From contig NW_025215381.1 in assembly GCF_004010195.1 (NCBI RefSeq), positions 20,037 to 84,036 on the forward strand: a DNA stretch of 64,000 nucleotides, in the 5' to 3' direction. The notes under the pieces are model-generated. The model was not told the DNA's origin and did no database searches. It saw only the letters and a list, made by a program, of their open reading frames with translations. Below are positions 10,758 through 22,600 of this stretch, one piece after another (the stretch's first letter is position 1; each line of letters opens with the position of its first letter). A program made the position numbers and the translations under genes. The DNA is from Chiloscyllium plagiosum. Its lineage: Eukaryota.

Positions 10758-13306
10758 TGATGCAATGTCTCGAGCTTAATGCATTAATTTAAACAAACAA
10801 ATTGCATTCATTCATTTAACAAATGAATCTTCAATCGTACATTCAATGAATGAAACGTAATTTATGGATTGAATGAAACAAACGTAAATCCTACATTAAA
10901 AGAACCAAACTGCACTCATTTACTTCCTAAAACAAACTGCATTCATTCATTCATTCATTGTTTCAAACTGCACTCATACATTCACTGAAAGAAACTCTAC
11001 GTCTTAATTCAATGAGTAAAGCTTATCTCGTTAATTCCATACCTCGAGCTTAAGGCATTCATTCAATGAATAAATAAAACTTCAATCGTACGTTCAATGA
11101 AGGAAACGTTACTCAATGATTCAATAAAACACACTGCAAGTGGTAATTCAATGAGTAGAAATTCTCCAATTCATTCAATTTATCAAGCTTAATTCGTTCC
11201 TTCAAAGACTGAAAACTGAATTAATTCATTCTTGAATCAACCTGGATTCGAGCTGGAATCATGCATTCAAAGAATCAAATGTTATTTATGGATTGAATGA
11301 AACAAACGTAAATCGGACATTAAAGGCATCAAACTGAACACATACATGCACTGAAACAAACTGTACGTGTTAATTCAATGAGTAAAGCTTATCTCGTTAA
11401 TTCAATATCTCGATCTCAAGGCATTCATTCAAAGAAACAAAGTACATTCATTCTGTTATTCAATCAAACAGCAATCGTACATTCAATACATCAATCGTTT
11501 TCACTGATTTAAAGGTACAAACTTAACACAGACATTCAGTGAGTTCAGCTGCATTCATTCAATCAATCAAACTGCACTCAAAGATTCAATGAAACACCGC
11601 GAGTTACTTCATGTAGTTAGAGCACATCTCGTTAATTCAATGTCTCGATCCTAATGCAGTCATTCAATGAAACAAATTTCATTCATTCATTGAATAAATA
11701 AAACCTCAATCGTACGTTCAATGAAGGAAACGTTACTCATTGAATAAAACTGCCCTCATTTATTTACTAAATGAATGACTGAATGCTGTTTGTTTTAGTA
11801 ATAAAATTCATTCAGTGTATCAATCTGCGCTCATGCATTCACTAAATGAAACTGCACATGTTATTTCAATGAGTAGAGCTTATCTCATTACTTCAATTTC
11901 TTCATCTTACGGCATTCAATCAAAGATGTCAACTGCATTCATTCATTCAAAGAACTGTATTCATTCATTCAAAGAATCAAACTGCACTCACTGGTTCAAT
12001 AAACAAACTGCGAGTGCTAATTCAAGTAGTAGAGCTTCTCTCGTTATTTCAATGTCTCCAGCTTAATTCATTCATTCAATGAAACAAACTGCATTCATTC
12101 ATTCAACAAGTGAAACTTCAATCGTACATTCAATGAATCAATGTTGCTCATTGATTCAATGAAAGAAAAGTAACACGTTCATTTAAGCATTCCAACTGCA
12201 TTCATTAATTGAATCAAACTGTGTTAAGTTTGTTTCTTTAAATCAATGAAAACGTTTGATTTATTGAATGTACGATTGCGGTTTAATTGAATAAAAGAAT
12301 GAATGTACTTTGTTTCTTTGAATGAATGCGTTGAGCTCGAGATATTGAATTTACGAGATAAGCTTTACTCATTGAATAAACACATACAGTTTGTTTCAGT
12401 GAATGCATGAGTGCAGTTTGAAACAATAAATGAATGAATGAATGCAGTTTGTTTTAGTAAGTAAATGAGTGCAGTTTGATTCCTTTAATGTGTAGGATTT
12501 ACGTTTGTTTCATTGAATCCATAAATAACTTGTTGAATGAATGAATGCAGTTTGTTTCATTGAATGAATGCATTAAGCTGGAGACATTGAATTAACGAGA
12601 GAAGCCCTACTAATTGAATTAACACACGCAGTTTGTTTATTGAATCAGTGAGTGCAGTTTGATTCTTTGAATGAATGAATGCAGTTCTTTGAATGAATGA
12701 ATGCAGTTTGTTTTAGTAAGTAAATGAGTGCAGTATGATTTCTTTAATGTGGAATTACGTTTGTTTCATTCAATCCATAAATTACGTTTCATTCATTGAA
12801 TGTACGATTGAAGTTTAATTTGTTAAATGAATGAATGCAATTTGTTTGTTTGAATTAATGCATTAAGCTCGAGCCATTGTATTAACGAGAGAAGTTCTAC
12901 TACTTGAATTAGCACTCGCAGTTTCATTCGTTGGATCAGTGATGACAGCATGATTCGTTGAATGAATGATTGCAGCTGGTTTCGTTGAATGAATAACTTA
13001 AGATGGAGATATTGAAGTAATGAGATTAGCTCGACTTATTGAAATAACATGTGCAGTTTGTTTCAGTCAATGTATGAGTGTAGTTTGATACACTGAATGA
13101 ATGACTGAATGAAGTTTGTTTTAGTAAATAAATGAGAACACTGTGAATGATTTAATGAATTATTGATTGAATGCCGTAAGATGAAGAAATTGAATTAATG
13201 TGATAAGCTCTACTCATTGAAATAACATGTGCAGTTTCTTTTAGTGAATGCATGAGCGCAGATTGATACACTGAATGAATGCAGTTTCCTTTAGTAAATA
13301 AATGAG
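10758..13306. repeat. AT-rich satellite, ~26-27-bp TTCAA-anchored monomers with higher-order structure; orientation flips at ~12219
   Basis: Monomers such as ttcaatgaaacaaactgcattcattca. CATT-rich before ~12219 and GAAT-rich after. Bounded by N gaps on both sides. Confidence 0.9.
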
Positions 13307-13611
13307 NNNNNNNNNNNNNNNNNNNNNNNNNNNNNNNNNNNNNNNNNNNNNNNNNNNNNNNNNNNNNNNNNNNNNNNNNNNNNNNNNNNNNNNNNNNNNN
13401 NNNNNNNNNNNNNNNNNNNNNNNNNNNNNNNNNNNNNNNNNNNNNNNNNNNNNNNNNNNNNNNNNNNNNNNNNNNNNNNNNNNNNNNNNNNNNNNNNNNN
13501 NNNNNNNNNNNNNNNNNNNNNNNNNNNNNNNNNNNNNNNNNNNNNNNNNNNNNNNNNNNNNNNNNNNNNNNNNNNNNNNNNNNNNNNNNNNNNNNNNNNN
13601 NNNNNNNNNNN

Positions 13612-14685
13612 ACACCCAATGCCACCCTCACCCTGATGGCCACATTTGTGTGTGGCTGCATCAAGCTGTGCGTGGATCCCCAGTACGCAAACAGCAAGTG
13701 TCACTACGTACTGAGGTTCTACCTGTCCCCGGTGTTGCGAAGGATGGGCCTGGCCTCGCTGCTGCGGAACGCTTCGAGTAGTTGGACCGTTCCGTATCAC
13801 CTGTCCTTCGTGGAGAAGTTTATGAAGAAAAACACCTTTGACCACAAGTCCATCAGGAAGTGGTCAGCACGTAGTGTCCTTGAGACCTTTCGGGCAAAGG
13901 AGAGAGCGGAGCCTGTCGAGCGGTTCCCTGAGCAGACTGTCAAAGTCATTTGGCAGAATGCTTCATCGCCAGAACTTTCCAACAAGCACCAGGACATAGC
14001 TTGGCTGGTGGTGAGAAGGGCTCTGCCTGTGAGATCCTTTATGCACGCCTGGACACTTAGCCGCACCGTACGCTGCCCTCTAAGCGGCCCTGGGGGGGGG
14101 GGGGGGTGGCGAGACTGTCACACACCACCTTCTGGAATGTGCCTATGCAGAAGACGTCTGGAGAGGAATGCAGTGGTGTTTGTCCAGGTTTGTCCCGAGC
14201 AGCGCCGTGACGTGGGACTCTGTGCTCTACGGCCTGTTCCCCGGGACGCACACCGAGACGAACATCAACTGTGCCTGGAGGATCATCAACTCGGTGAAGG
14301 ACGCTCTCTGGGCGGTCCGAAACCTGTTGATCTTCCAGCTGAAGGAGTTGACCCCAACTGAGTGTTGCAGACTGGCACATTCCAAGGTCCAGGACTACGT
14401 GTTGAGGGACGCGCTGAAGGTTAGGGCAGCTGCCGCCAAGGCGTGGTGGGGAAAGACCACCGTGTAACATCTGCCTGCCTAAAGAAGAACAGGGGGCCCG
14501 CGCAGTCATTTAGGCTCTGCTGACGCCTCAGCTAAAAATGTAATTGTACAGACCTGTAAATAGGAATGGTTACTCTGTTTTCGGTATGCACACAAATGGA
14601 ATGTTTACATATGCATGGCATGTCCAGTTGTACAGATCATCAAAGTATTTTATGAATAATGTATATTTTTGAAATAAAAAAAAAG
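13612..14685 (+). mobile_element. Tx1-clade LINE, 3' part of ORF2, 3' UTR and poly(A)
   Basis: ORFs 13636-14361 and 14168-14467 (WQNASSPELSNKHQDIAW, CP..ETVTHHLLEC zinc-knuckle region); A-tail at ~14672-14685. Confidence 0.85.
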
Positions 14686-17600
14686 GATGAGAGTCACCTA
14701 TGCACAGATGGCCGGAGGTGGCAACATGAGCTGTGGACTGCCTAAGACCAGCAAGGTACCACAAAACAGCACGGGAACGGTGTCTGGAGGCACCCAGAAG
14801 GAAGGGCAGGCTGTAGCGGAGCAGACGGCAGATAGCGGGGAGATACAGCAGCCGATCCAAGCTCCTTCAAGACAGACGGAGGAAATGGAAGAGGAGGGAT
14901 CAAAGGAGACAGAGGATTGGATTACTGTCAAAAGCAGGAAGCGGAAACCTCCCAAAGCCACCCAGCGAAGGGGGAAGCAACACCTACACGATGAGGATAC
15001 AGGCAGCTCTTCTGAAGGTGAGGGCGGGCGCAAGGAGGGTCGTCACCAGAGGAAGAGACAGAGCGCTGTGGGGAAAGAGGAGGGCAGCACCGCCCAAGCA
15101 GGAAAAGACGATCCCTCTGAGGGGATGGGTAAAGGCCTCCCTCCACCCGGTGAGAACCAAGAGGTACCCACCGGCCTACAGCTCCAGGTAACTGGGAGCA
15201 GCGGTCCTGTGACAGCCCCGCTGTCAGATGGAGAACTGGACTATGCGGACCCTGGGCCCGACCCGAAGACACCAGCGTGGAGCCGGACAGCTACCCCAGC
15301 GGGGCAAGACCAGCAGCAAATGGACAGTGCCAACCTTGTAAACTGTTAAAATGGGGTTAAAAATTGCTAGCATCAATGTGCGTAGCATCAAATCGGCTAC
15401 GAGATGTGTTTCTACGATGGCCTTCCTAGCCAACATTAAAGCCGACGTCCTGTTTCTGCAGGAGTGTGGGATACCGCACCTCAGCAGCTACAGGAGATGG
15501 TCGAGCTTGTGGGCCCATGGGCCATCAGTTTGGTCGGGGGGACAACGATAGCCGCGCCTCCGGCCTGGGTATCCTGTTGCGAGGAGGCAACTTCACCATC
15601 TCCGAGGTTAAGGAGGTGGTGGGTGGGCACCTCCTCGTCGCCGACGTCATGTACAGGAATGCTCCCCTGAGACTGATTGATTGATTAATGTGTACGCCCC
15701 AGTGGGTAAGAGTGAACAGTTGGCCGTCCTTCAGCAGCTTCCACTGTTGCTGGCTACGTCCAGGCCGGTCATTCTGGCCGGAGACTTCAACTGTATCATT
15801 GATGCAGATGGACGATCCGGTTGGGGGGGACAGTAAACTGGACGCCACGTCCAGAGCCCTGATGGACACGGTAAAAGATGCCAAGCTGCACGACGTCTTC
15901 AGCACCCCTCCAGATGGAGTGCAGTGTAGATACACCTGGTCACGGGCAGACGGGTCTATCCACTCAAGGATAGATTACCCGTTTGTGTCCCGAATGTTCT
16001 TGGTCAGATCAACCGACATCAAGCCTGCGTTCTTCTCTGACCACTGCCTCCTGCTGGCCGACTGTCACCTACAGGACGAGCAGCAGGCTGGTGAGGGAAC
16101 ATGGAAGCTGAACACAAAGCTGTTGACCCCGGGAAACATTGAGGAGCTCAAGAGGGACTACGCACGTTGGTGAACCGTGAAGCCCCTCTTTGAGTCCCCA
16201 GTGGACTGGTGGGAAACAGTAAAAGGGAACATCAAGAGGTTCTTCATCCTCAAAGGTGTTCAGGAGGTGAGAGAGAGGCAGGCAAAACTGTCCCAGCTCC
16301 AGGAAAGTATGCAGAACCTGCTCCTGCTGCAGACGATGGGGGGTGGATGTCACAGAGGACCTCGAGGAGGTGAAGGGCCAGCAAACCTCGCTCTTTGCCT
16401 CGGAGGCCTTCAAGATAATCTTCCGGTCCAGGGTCCGCTCGGTGGAGCAGGACGAGCTTTGCTCACGTTTCTTCTTCCAGAAGGTGCACAAAGAGAGTTC
16501 CGTGCTCAGCTCCATGAAGGAAGAAGATGGCTCGATAACGTCATCTCAGGCTGACGTCATGAGGATCAGTAAATCCTTCTATGCCAGTCTGTATGACGCA
16601 AAGCCGACCGACAGCACGGCCTCCCAGTCGTTCCTGTCCTCTATCACGGAGGTCTTAGACGACAGAACACGGGAGAGGCTGGACCAGCCGCTATCTCTGG
16701 ACGAGCTGACCAAGGCCCTCGAGTCCTTCGAAAAGAATAAAACTNNNNNNNNNNNNNNNNNNNNNNNNNNNNNNNNNNNNNNNNNNNNNNNNNNNNNNNN
16801 NNNNNNNNNNNNNNNNNNNNNNNNNNNNNNNNNNNNNNNNNNNNNNNNNNNNNNNNNNNNNNNNNNNNNNNNNNNNNNNNNNAGGGTTGGACACCTGTCT
16901 GATCAGTCTGGACCAGGAGAAAGCCTTTGAGGATATCACACAGGTATATGAGAGATGTTCTCTCCAAAATGGGCTTTGGGGAGGGAATCTGCAATTGGAT
17001 CAGACTGCTCTACACCAACATTGTCAGTGCAGTCTCAATCAATGGGTGGGAATCAGATAGCTTCCCAGTCAGATCTGGAGTCAGGCAGGGCTGCCCTCTC
17101 TCTCCTGCCTTGTTTGTGTGATGCATAGAGCCATTTGTTGAGTCCATCAGGAAGGATGCGAGCCTGAGAGGGGTGACTATTCCTGGCAGCTGGGGCCTGC
17201 AGGTTAAGGCCTCCCTGTACATGGATGACGTCGCCGTTTTCTGCTCGGATCCACTATCCGTGCACAGACTCATCTTCATCTGTGACCAGTTCGAACGGGC
17301 CTCGGGGGCCAAAGTAAACCGAGGCAAGAGCGAGGCCATGCTCTTCGGGAACTGGGCAGACCAATCCTCCATTCCCTTCACCGTCAGGACTGACCACCTG
17401 AAGGTGCTGGGTATTTGGTTCGGAGGGGCCTAGGGCGTGTGCCATGTCTTGGGAGGAGCATATCATGAAAATGAGGCAGAAACTGGGCGGATGGAAGCTA
17501 CGGTCGCTCTCCATCGCGGGAAAAAACCTGGTCATCAGGTGTGAGGCACTGTCATTGCTGTTATACGTGGCACAGGTCTGGCCTATTCCCAGAACCTGTG

Positions 17601-18710
17601 CCGTCGCAGTCACCTGGGCCATCTTCCACTTTATGTGGAGATCAAAGAGTTCCAAATGAACTCGCTGTACAAATATCTGGGCAACGGGGGAAAAAATACA
17701 CCCAATGCCACCCTCACCCTGATGGCCACCTTTGCGTGTGGCTACATCAAGCTGTGCGTGGATCCCCGGTACGCAAACAACAAGTGTCACTACGTACTGA
17801 GGTTCTACCTGTCTCCAGTGATGCGAAGGATGGGCCTGGCCTCACTGCCACGGAACGCCCCAAGTGGTCTGACCATTCCGTATCACCTGTCCTCCGTGGA
17901 GACATTTATGAAGCAAAACACCTTTGACCACAAGTCCATCAGGAAGTGGTCAGCACATAGTGTCCTTGAGACCTTTCGGGAAAAGGAGAGAGCGGAGCCT
18001 GGGCAGACTGTCAAAGTCATTTGGCAGAATGCCTCATTGCCAGAACTTTCCAACAAGCACCAAGACATGGCTTGGCTGGTGGTGAGAAGGGCTCTGTCTT
18101 TGAGATCCTTTATGTACGCACTCTCTGCCGCACCGCACGCTGCCCCGAAGTGGCTGTGGAGGGGACGGGACTGTCACACACCTCCTTCTGGAATGTGCCT
18201 ACGCAAAGGAAGTCTGGAGAGGAATGCAGTTATGTTTGTCGAGGTTCGTCCCGAGCAGCTCCGTGACGTGGGACTCCGTGCTCCCCGGGATGCACACTGA
18301 GACGAACATCAACTGTGTGTGGAAGATCATCAACCTGGTCAAAGATGCTCTTTGGTCTGTCCAAAACCTGTTGATCTTCCAGTTGAAGGAGTGTTGCAGA
18401 CTGACACATTCCAAGGTCCAGGACTACGTGTTGAGGGATGCGCTGAAGCTTGAGGCAGCTGCCGCCAAGGCACGGTGGGGAAAGACCACCTTGTAAGGTC
18501 TGCCTGCCTAAGAACTGGAGGCCCACTCAGAAATCAGGCCCCGCTGACGCCTCAGCAGAATACCTGGATGGTCAATGTACAGACTTGTATATGCGAATTA
18601 TTAATTACAATCTCTGTATTGTAAAGAAATGGAATGTATGGCATCACCAATTGTACAGATATCAACATAATTTTATGACTAAAGTATAAAGTATTTTTTA
18701 AATAATAAAA
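14686..18710 (+). mobile_element. Tx1-clade LINE, 5'-truncated: ORF1 C-terminus (stop 15349) plus disrupted ORF2 (15351-18496)
   Basis: APE motifs SINVRS, LFLQEC, GDFN, SRIDY, FSDH; RT motifs DQEKAF, GVRQGCPLSP, LYMDD (~17215-17229); several frameshifts and stops; A-rich end at ~18700-18710. Confidence 0.9.
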
Positions 18711-18727
18711 CGTTCTTGTCAGTTTGA

Positions 18728-18806
18728 GTGACTGGGGCTAACATGGCGGAAGAAGAGGTTGCTAAGCTGCAGAAATGCCTGGCGCTCCTCTGCCAGGAAT
18801 ATGTGA
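18728..18806 (+). pseudogene. ANKFY1: 5' fragment of ANKFY1 (rabankyrin-5) mRNA-like sequence
   Basis: ATG at 18743 gives MAEEEVAKLQKCLALLCQEYV, against the recalled human N-terminus MAEEEVAKLEKHLMLLRQEYV. Lies between gttcttgtcagtttga direct repeats at 18712-18727 and 18824-18839. Confidence 0.75.
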
Positions 18807-19106
18807 GTGTGTTTTGCTTTAAAGTTCTTGTCAGTTTGAATATCTGATCCATCGCTGAATTAGGGACTGAATATTGATCTGGTTTGCGTATGCAGGAGTT
18901 GGAGTAGGAGCTTGATCCACCAATTTCACGCATTATCCTATTATTGCAATGCCTCTGGGAATGGTGCACTCCCATTAAAAAATCTGAAAAGCAGCTTTAT
19001 TACTTTTGTATGTGTTTGCTTTATATCTCATGTACTGAGTGTATGCATAAGAAAGCATACAGACAGCTTTTGGTTGGTGAAGTCAGTGCAAATCAACTTG
19101 TTCTAG

Positions 19107-19347
19107 ATTACGATTTATCTGCGTCTTTCTGCATGTTCAGCACTCACTCTCAATGTTATCACTTCAGTCCTTGTTCATGCCGCCCCTTCCCACCAATTCT
19201 GAACAACAAAGTTGCCCATCAACTCTACCTAATGGCAAATTACATTTCAGAAAACAAAATGGAGAATACGAAGCTATTGAAGCATTCAACAGTTTGGATT
19301 TTGATGATGATGAAGACGAGTCGGATGTATTGAACGAGAGATTTTGA
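19107..19347 (+). other. unassigned exon-like ORF with acidic C-terminus
   Basis: Possible acceptor ttgttctag ending at 19106; the open frame ends NGKLHFRKQNGEYEAIEAFNSLDFDDDEDESDVLNERF*. No recognisable repeat. Confidence 0.25.
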
Positions 19348-19369
19348 GAACACTTGTGAAGCAGGAAAA

Positions 19370-19683
19370 GACAGAGTATTAGAGATGTTCAGCACGGAAA
19401 CATACCCTTCAGCCGAACTCGTCCATGCCCAGCAGATATCCTAACCTAATCTAGTCCCACTTGCCAGCACTTGGCCCATATCCCTCTAATCCCTTCTATT
19501 CATATATCCTTCCAGATGCCTTTTCCTCTGGCAGCTCATTCCATACATGCACCATTCTCTGCGTGTAAACGTTGCCCCTTAGGTCCCTTTTAATTATTTT
19601 CCCTCTTACCCTAAAACTATGCCCTCTGGACTCCCCACGCCAAGGAAAAGAACTTGTCTATTTACCTTATCCATGCCCCTCAT
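19370..19683 (-). mobile_element. CR1-clade LINE 3' end, continuing at 25438-25570 after the L1 insertion
   Basis: ctagtcccacttgccagcacttggcccatatccctcta...ccatgcccctcat resumes at 25438 as ccctcatcattttctaaacttctacaaggtcacc. Confidence 0.8.
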
Positions 19684-22600
19684 GGATAAGGTAAAAAAGT
19701 TTAAACATTTTTTACAAAATTACGAAGTAATACAAACAGGTATAAACACTAATATACAATTAAATATATATATAAAAAAAGTAATAAGTAATAGCCAAAA
19801 CACAGAAAAGAGGGAAAAAACCCAACTAACTGCCAATCTATCCTACAAACAACCAAGAATTAAATAGGATAATATACATTACTGGCAAAAAGTAACAGAA
19901 TAATTAAATAAATAAGTACATACTCAAAATTGATTAACATGACGTCATAATAAAACCCATATTTATAGGGGATTACTCCTCCCGGAGCCCCCTGGACCAG
20001 CCCGAACCACTACCACAGGCAGACAAAACCCCTTGACAGTATGGCTGAAATATTTGTGTCGATATAGTTCAGAAATGGCTGCCATATTTTATAGAATAAT
20101 TCAGTTTTTTGGTGCACCATATTTGTGAGCAAGTCAAGGGGGATATATTCCATGATTAACCTGTGCCAATTCGAATGTCCTGGAGGGCTTTCAGCTACCC
20201 AACTGACAAAGATAGTTTTCCTTGCACGAAAGGAGAGAATGGAAAATAGTTTCCTCCCGTGCCATCCAGGGAGGGCAAATTCGAAAAGCACAGGAGAAGA
20301 GACGCTGGATCCAATCTAATCTCTGTTCCCAAGATCACTGTCAGAGCATTCGCTATTCTGTCCCATTACCTACGGATCTTGTGACATGTCCATTGACAGT
20401 GCGTGAGAGTGCCCACTTCTATTTTGTATTTAGGACACATTGGTGATATTCCTGCATTAAATTTTGCGAGTCGTTCAGATGCTGTATGAGCCCTATGGTG
20501 TATCTTTAATTGAATAGCTTGCGTTCTATTACAAATAGAGATCTTTCTGGTACTTTCCCAGATGTCCTCCCACATTTCTAAAGAGTTTTCTAACCCCAAT
20601 TCTTGGTTCCATGTTTTAAACAGTTGTTCCATGCCTTTCGATACTTTATTGTAAAATGAGTGATAAAGAGTACTGACTGAGGTGGACCCATTGACCACAG
20701 CACTCTTCTTTCCCTCTCCGATTGGTAGGGACTGTCTAATAATGTGGTCTTCTTCTGTATATAATCTCGTATTTGTAAATACTGAAAAGAGGTCTCTATT
20801 AGGCAGTCCAAACTTCTGGCGCAACTGTTCAAAATTGAACAAGTCCCCCAAACAGGAGATACCTCTGGACCTCTAGTTTTTAAATGTAGCGTCTGTCAGC
20901 CCTGGCTGAAAACCCGAAGCTCCCACTATACGAGTGTAAGGAGAGGTTTTTTGTAGGTTACCCTCATTTTGCCGCATTGTCCTCCAGGCTTTAATTTGTA
21001 TTTGTATTTGTATTTAATACAATCAGGTTTTTGCAATAGTCCATGATAGCTCTCATCTTATCTAAAAACAAAAGATTGATGAGGAGACACTTTACTTGGG
21101 AGGTCTCAATGTCGAAGCAAATTGATTGTGGGTCATAAGCGACCCAATCAGCTACATAGTACAATAAAGAGCTCAACTGATACCTCCTGAAGCCTGGAAA
21201 ATCCAGTCCTCCCCTTGCCTGTGGAAGCTGCAGCTTTTCTAATTTGATAAGGGGCCATCTATGATTCCAAATAAAGGAACCGAGGCTGGCGTTGTGTAGC
21301 TTACGCAACGCCAGCCTCGGCAACATCAGAGGGAGCATTCTCACAGGATATAGGAGATGATGCAGAATATTCATTTTAACTAGAGCTGCTCTGCCTAACC
21401 AGGATGTCGGGAGATCTCCCCAGCGTTGAAGGTCCTGCCTTGTTTTCTCTAGTCAGTGCACAAAATTGGCTTTATACAGCTGACCAAATATTGGGGTGAT
21501 AAAAATACCTAAGTGACCCACCAGTGACCACTGAAAGGGAAAGCAAGATCCGTCCGATAAATTGGATATACCTGTGAGACGACCCAACGGCATGACCTCC
21601 GATTTCATAAAATTGATTTTATAGCCTAAGAACCTGCTAAATATATTGGTTACTTGAATTAAGCGTGGCACAGATATCAAAAGATTACTTAAGAAAAGGA
21701 GGACATCATCTGCATAGACAGTGATTTTATGTTTACCCAAACCAACCCTTGGAGCTATGTTAGAATCGGTTCGTATAGCTTCCACTAGTGGTTCCATTAC
21801 TAGCGTGAATAGTAGCGGTGAGAGAGGACATCCCTACCAACACTGAAGCTATCCGAATCTAAACCATTGGTGATCACAGCTGCTTTGGGATCATTGCATA
21901 ATACTGAGACCCATTTAGAAAATACCTCTCTGACATGAACCTTTCCAGTGTGTAAAAAAGACATGACCATTTTACCTGATCAAATACCTTCTCTGCAGCC
22001 AAGGAAACATCTAGTCCTGGTATTCTTCCCTGTTGACAGGCTTGTATCATATTTAAGACCGTTCTAATATTGTTAGTTGATTTACTGCCCTTAATAAACC
22101 CCGTCTGGTCCTCTTTTATGATATATGATAAGACCCTCTCCAATCTTAATGCTAACATTTCAGAAAGGATTTTAAAATCCACATTTAGCAAGGTCGATAT
22201 GATGAGCAATCTTCTGGGGCCTTTCCTTTTTTAAGAATGAGAGAAATATTTGCTTCCCTCAACAAAGGCAGGAGGCAGCCCTGACTATGTGAGTGATTAT
22301 ACATGTATGTGGACTAGCCAGTTCCCCTAAAAATTCTTTATAAAACTCAACCTGGAATCTATCTGGTCCAGGCGCTTTGTCAATCTGAAGCTTTCTAATT
22401 GCATTGAGTACTTCCTGGGATGTCAGGGGAGCATTCAGGATTGACACCTGCTCCAAGATTAAGTCCGGAAAGGCCAAGTTTATAAAGAAGTACTCCATCT
22501 TCTTAGTTCTATCCTCACAGTCCTGCAATTTGTACTGTTCAAAATGGAACTTTCTAAAGACTGTATTGATACTTTTAGGATCACAAGTCAGAGTACCAGC

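Noticed and set aside
10074..10779. Long ORFs with X runs (also ~13152-13845, ~16343-16994, ~47698-48311)
   Set aside because: Their length is inflated by translating N gaps; only the Tx1-derived parts next to the gaps are meaningful.
18743..18847. Functional ANKFY1 gene start
   Set aside because: Homology stops after 21 codons, the fragment lies between direct repeats, and no further ANKFY1 exons were seen in the window.
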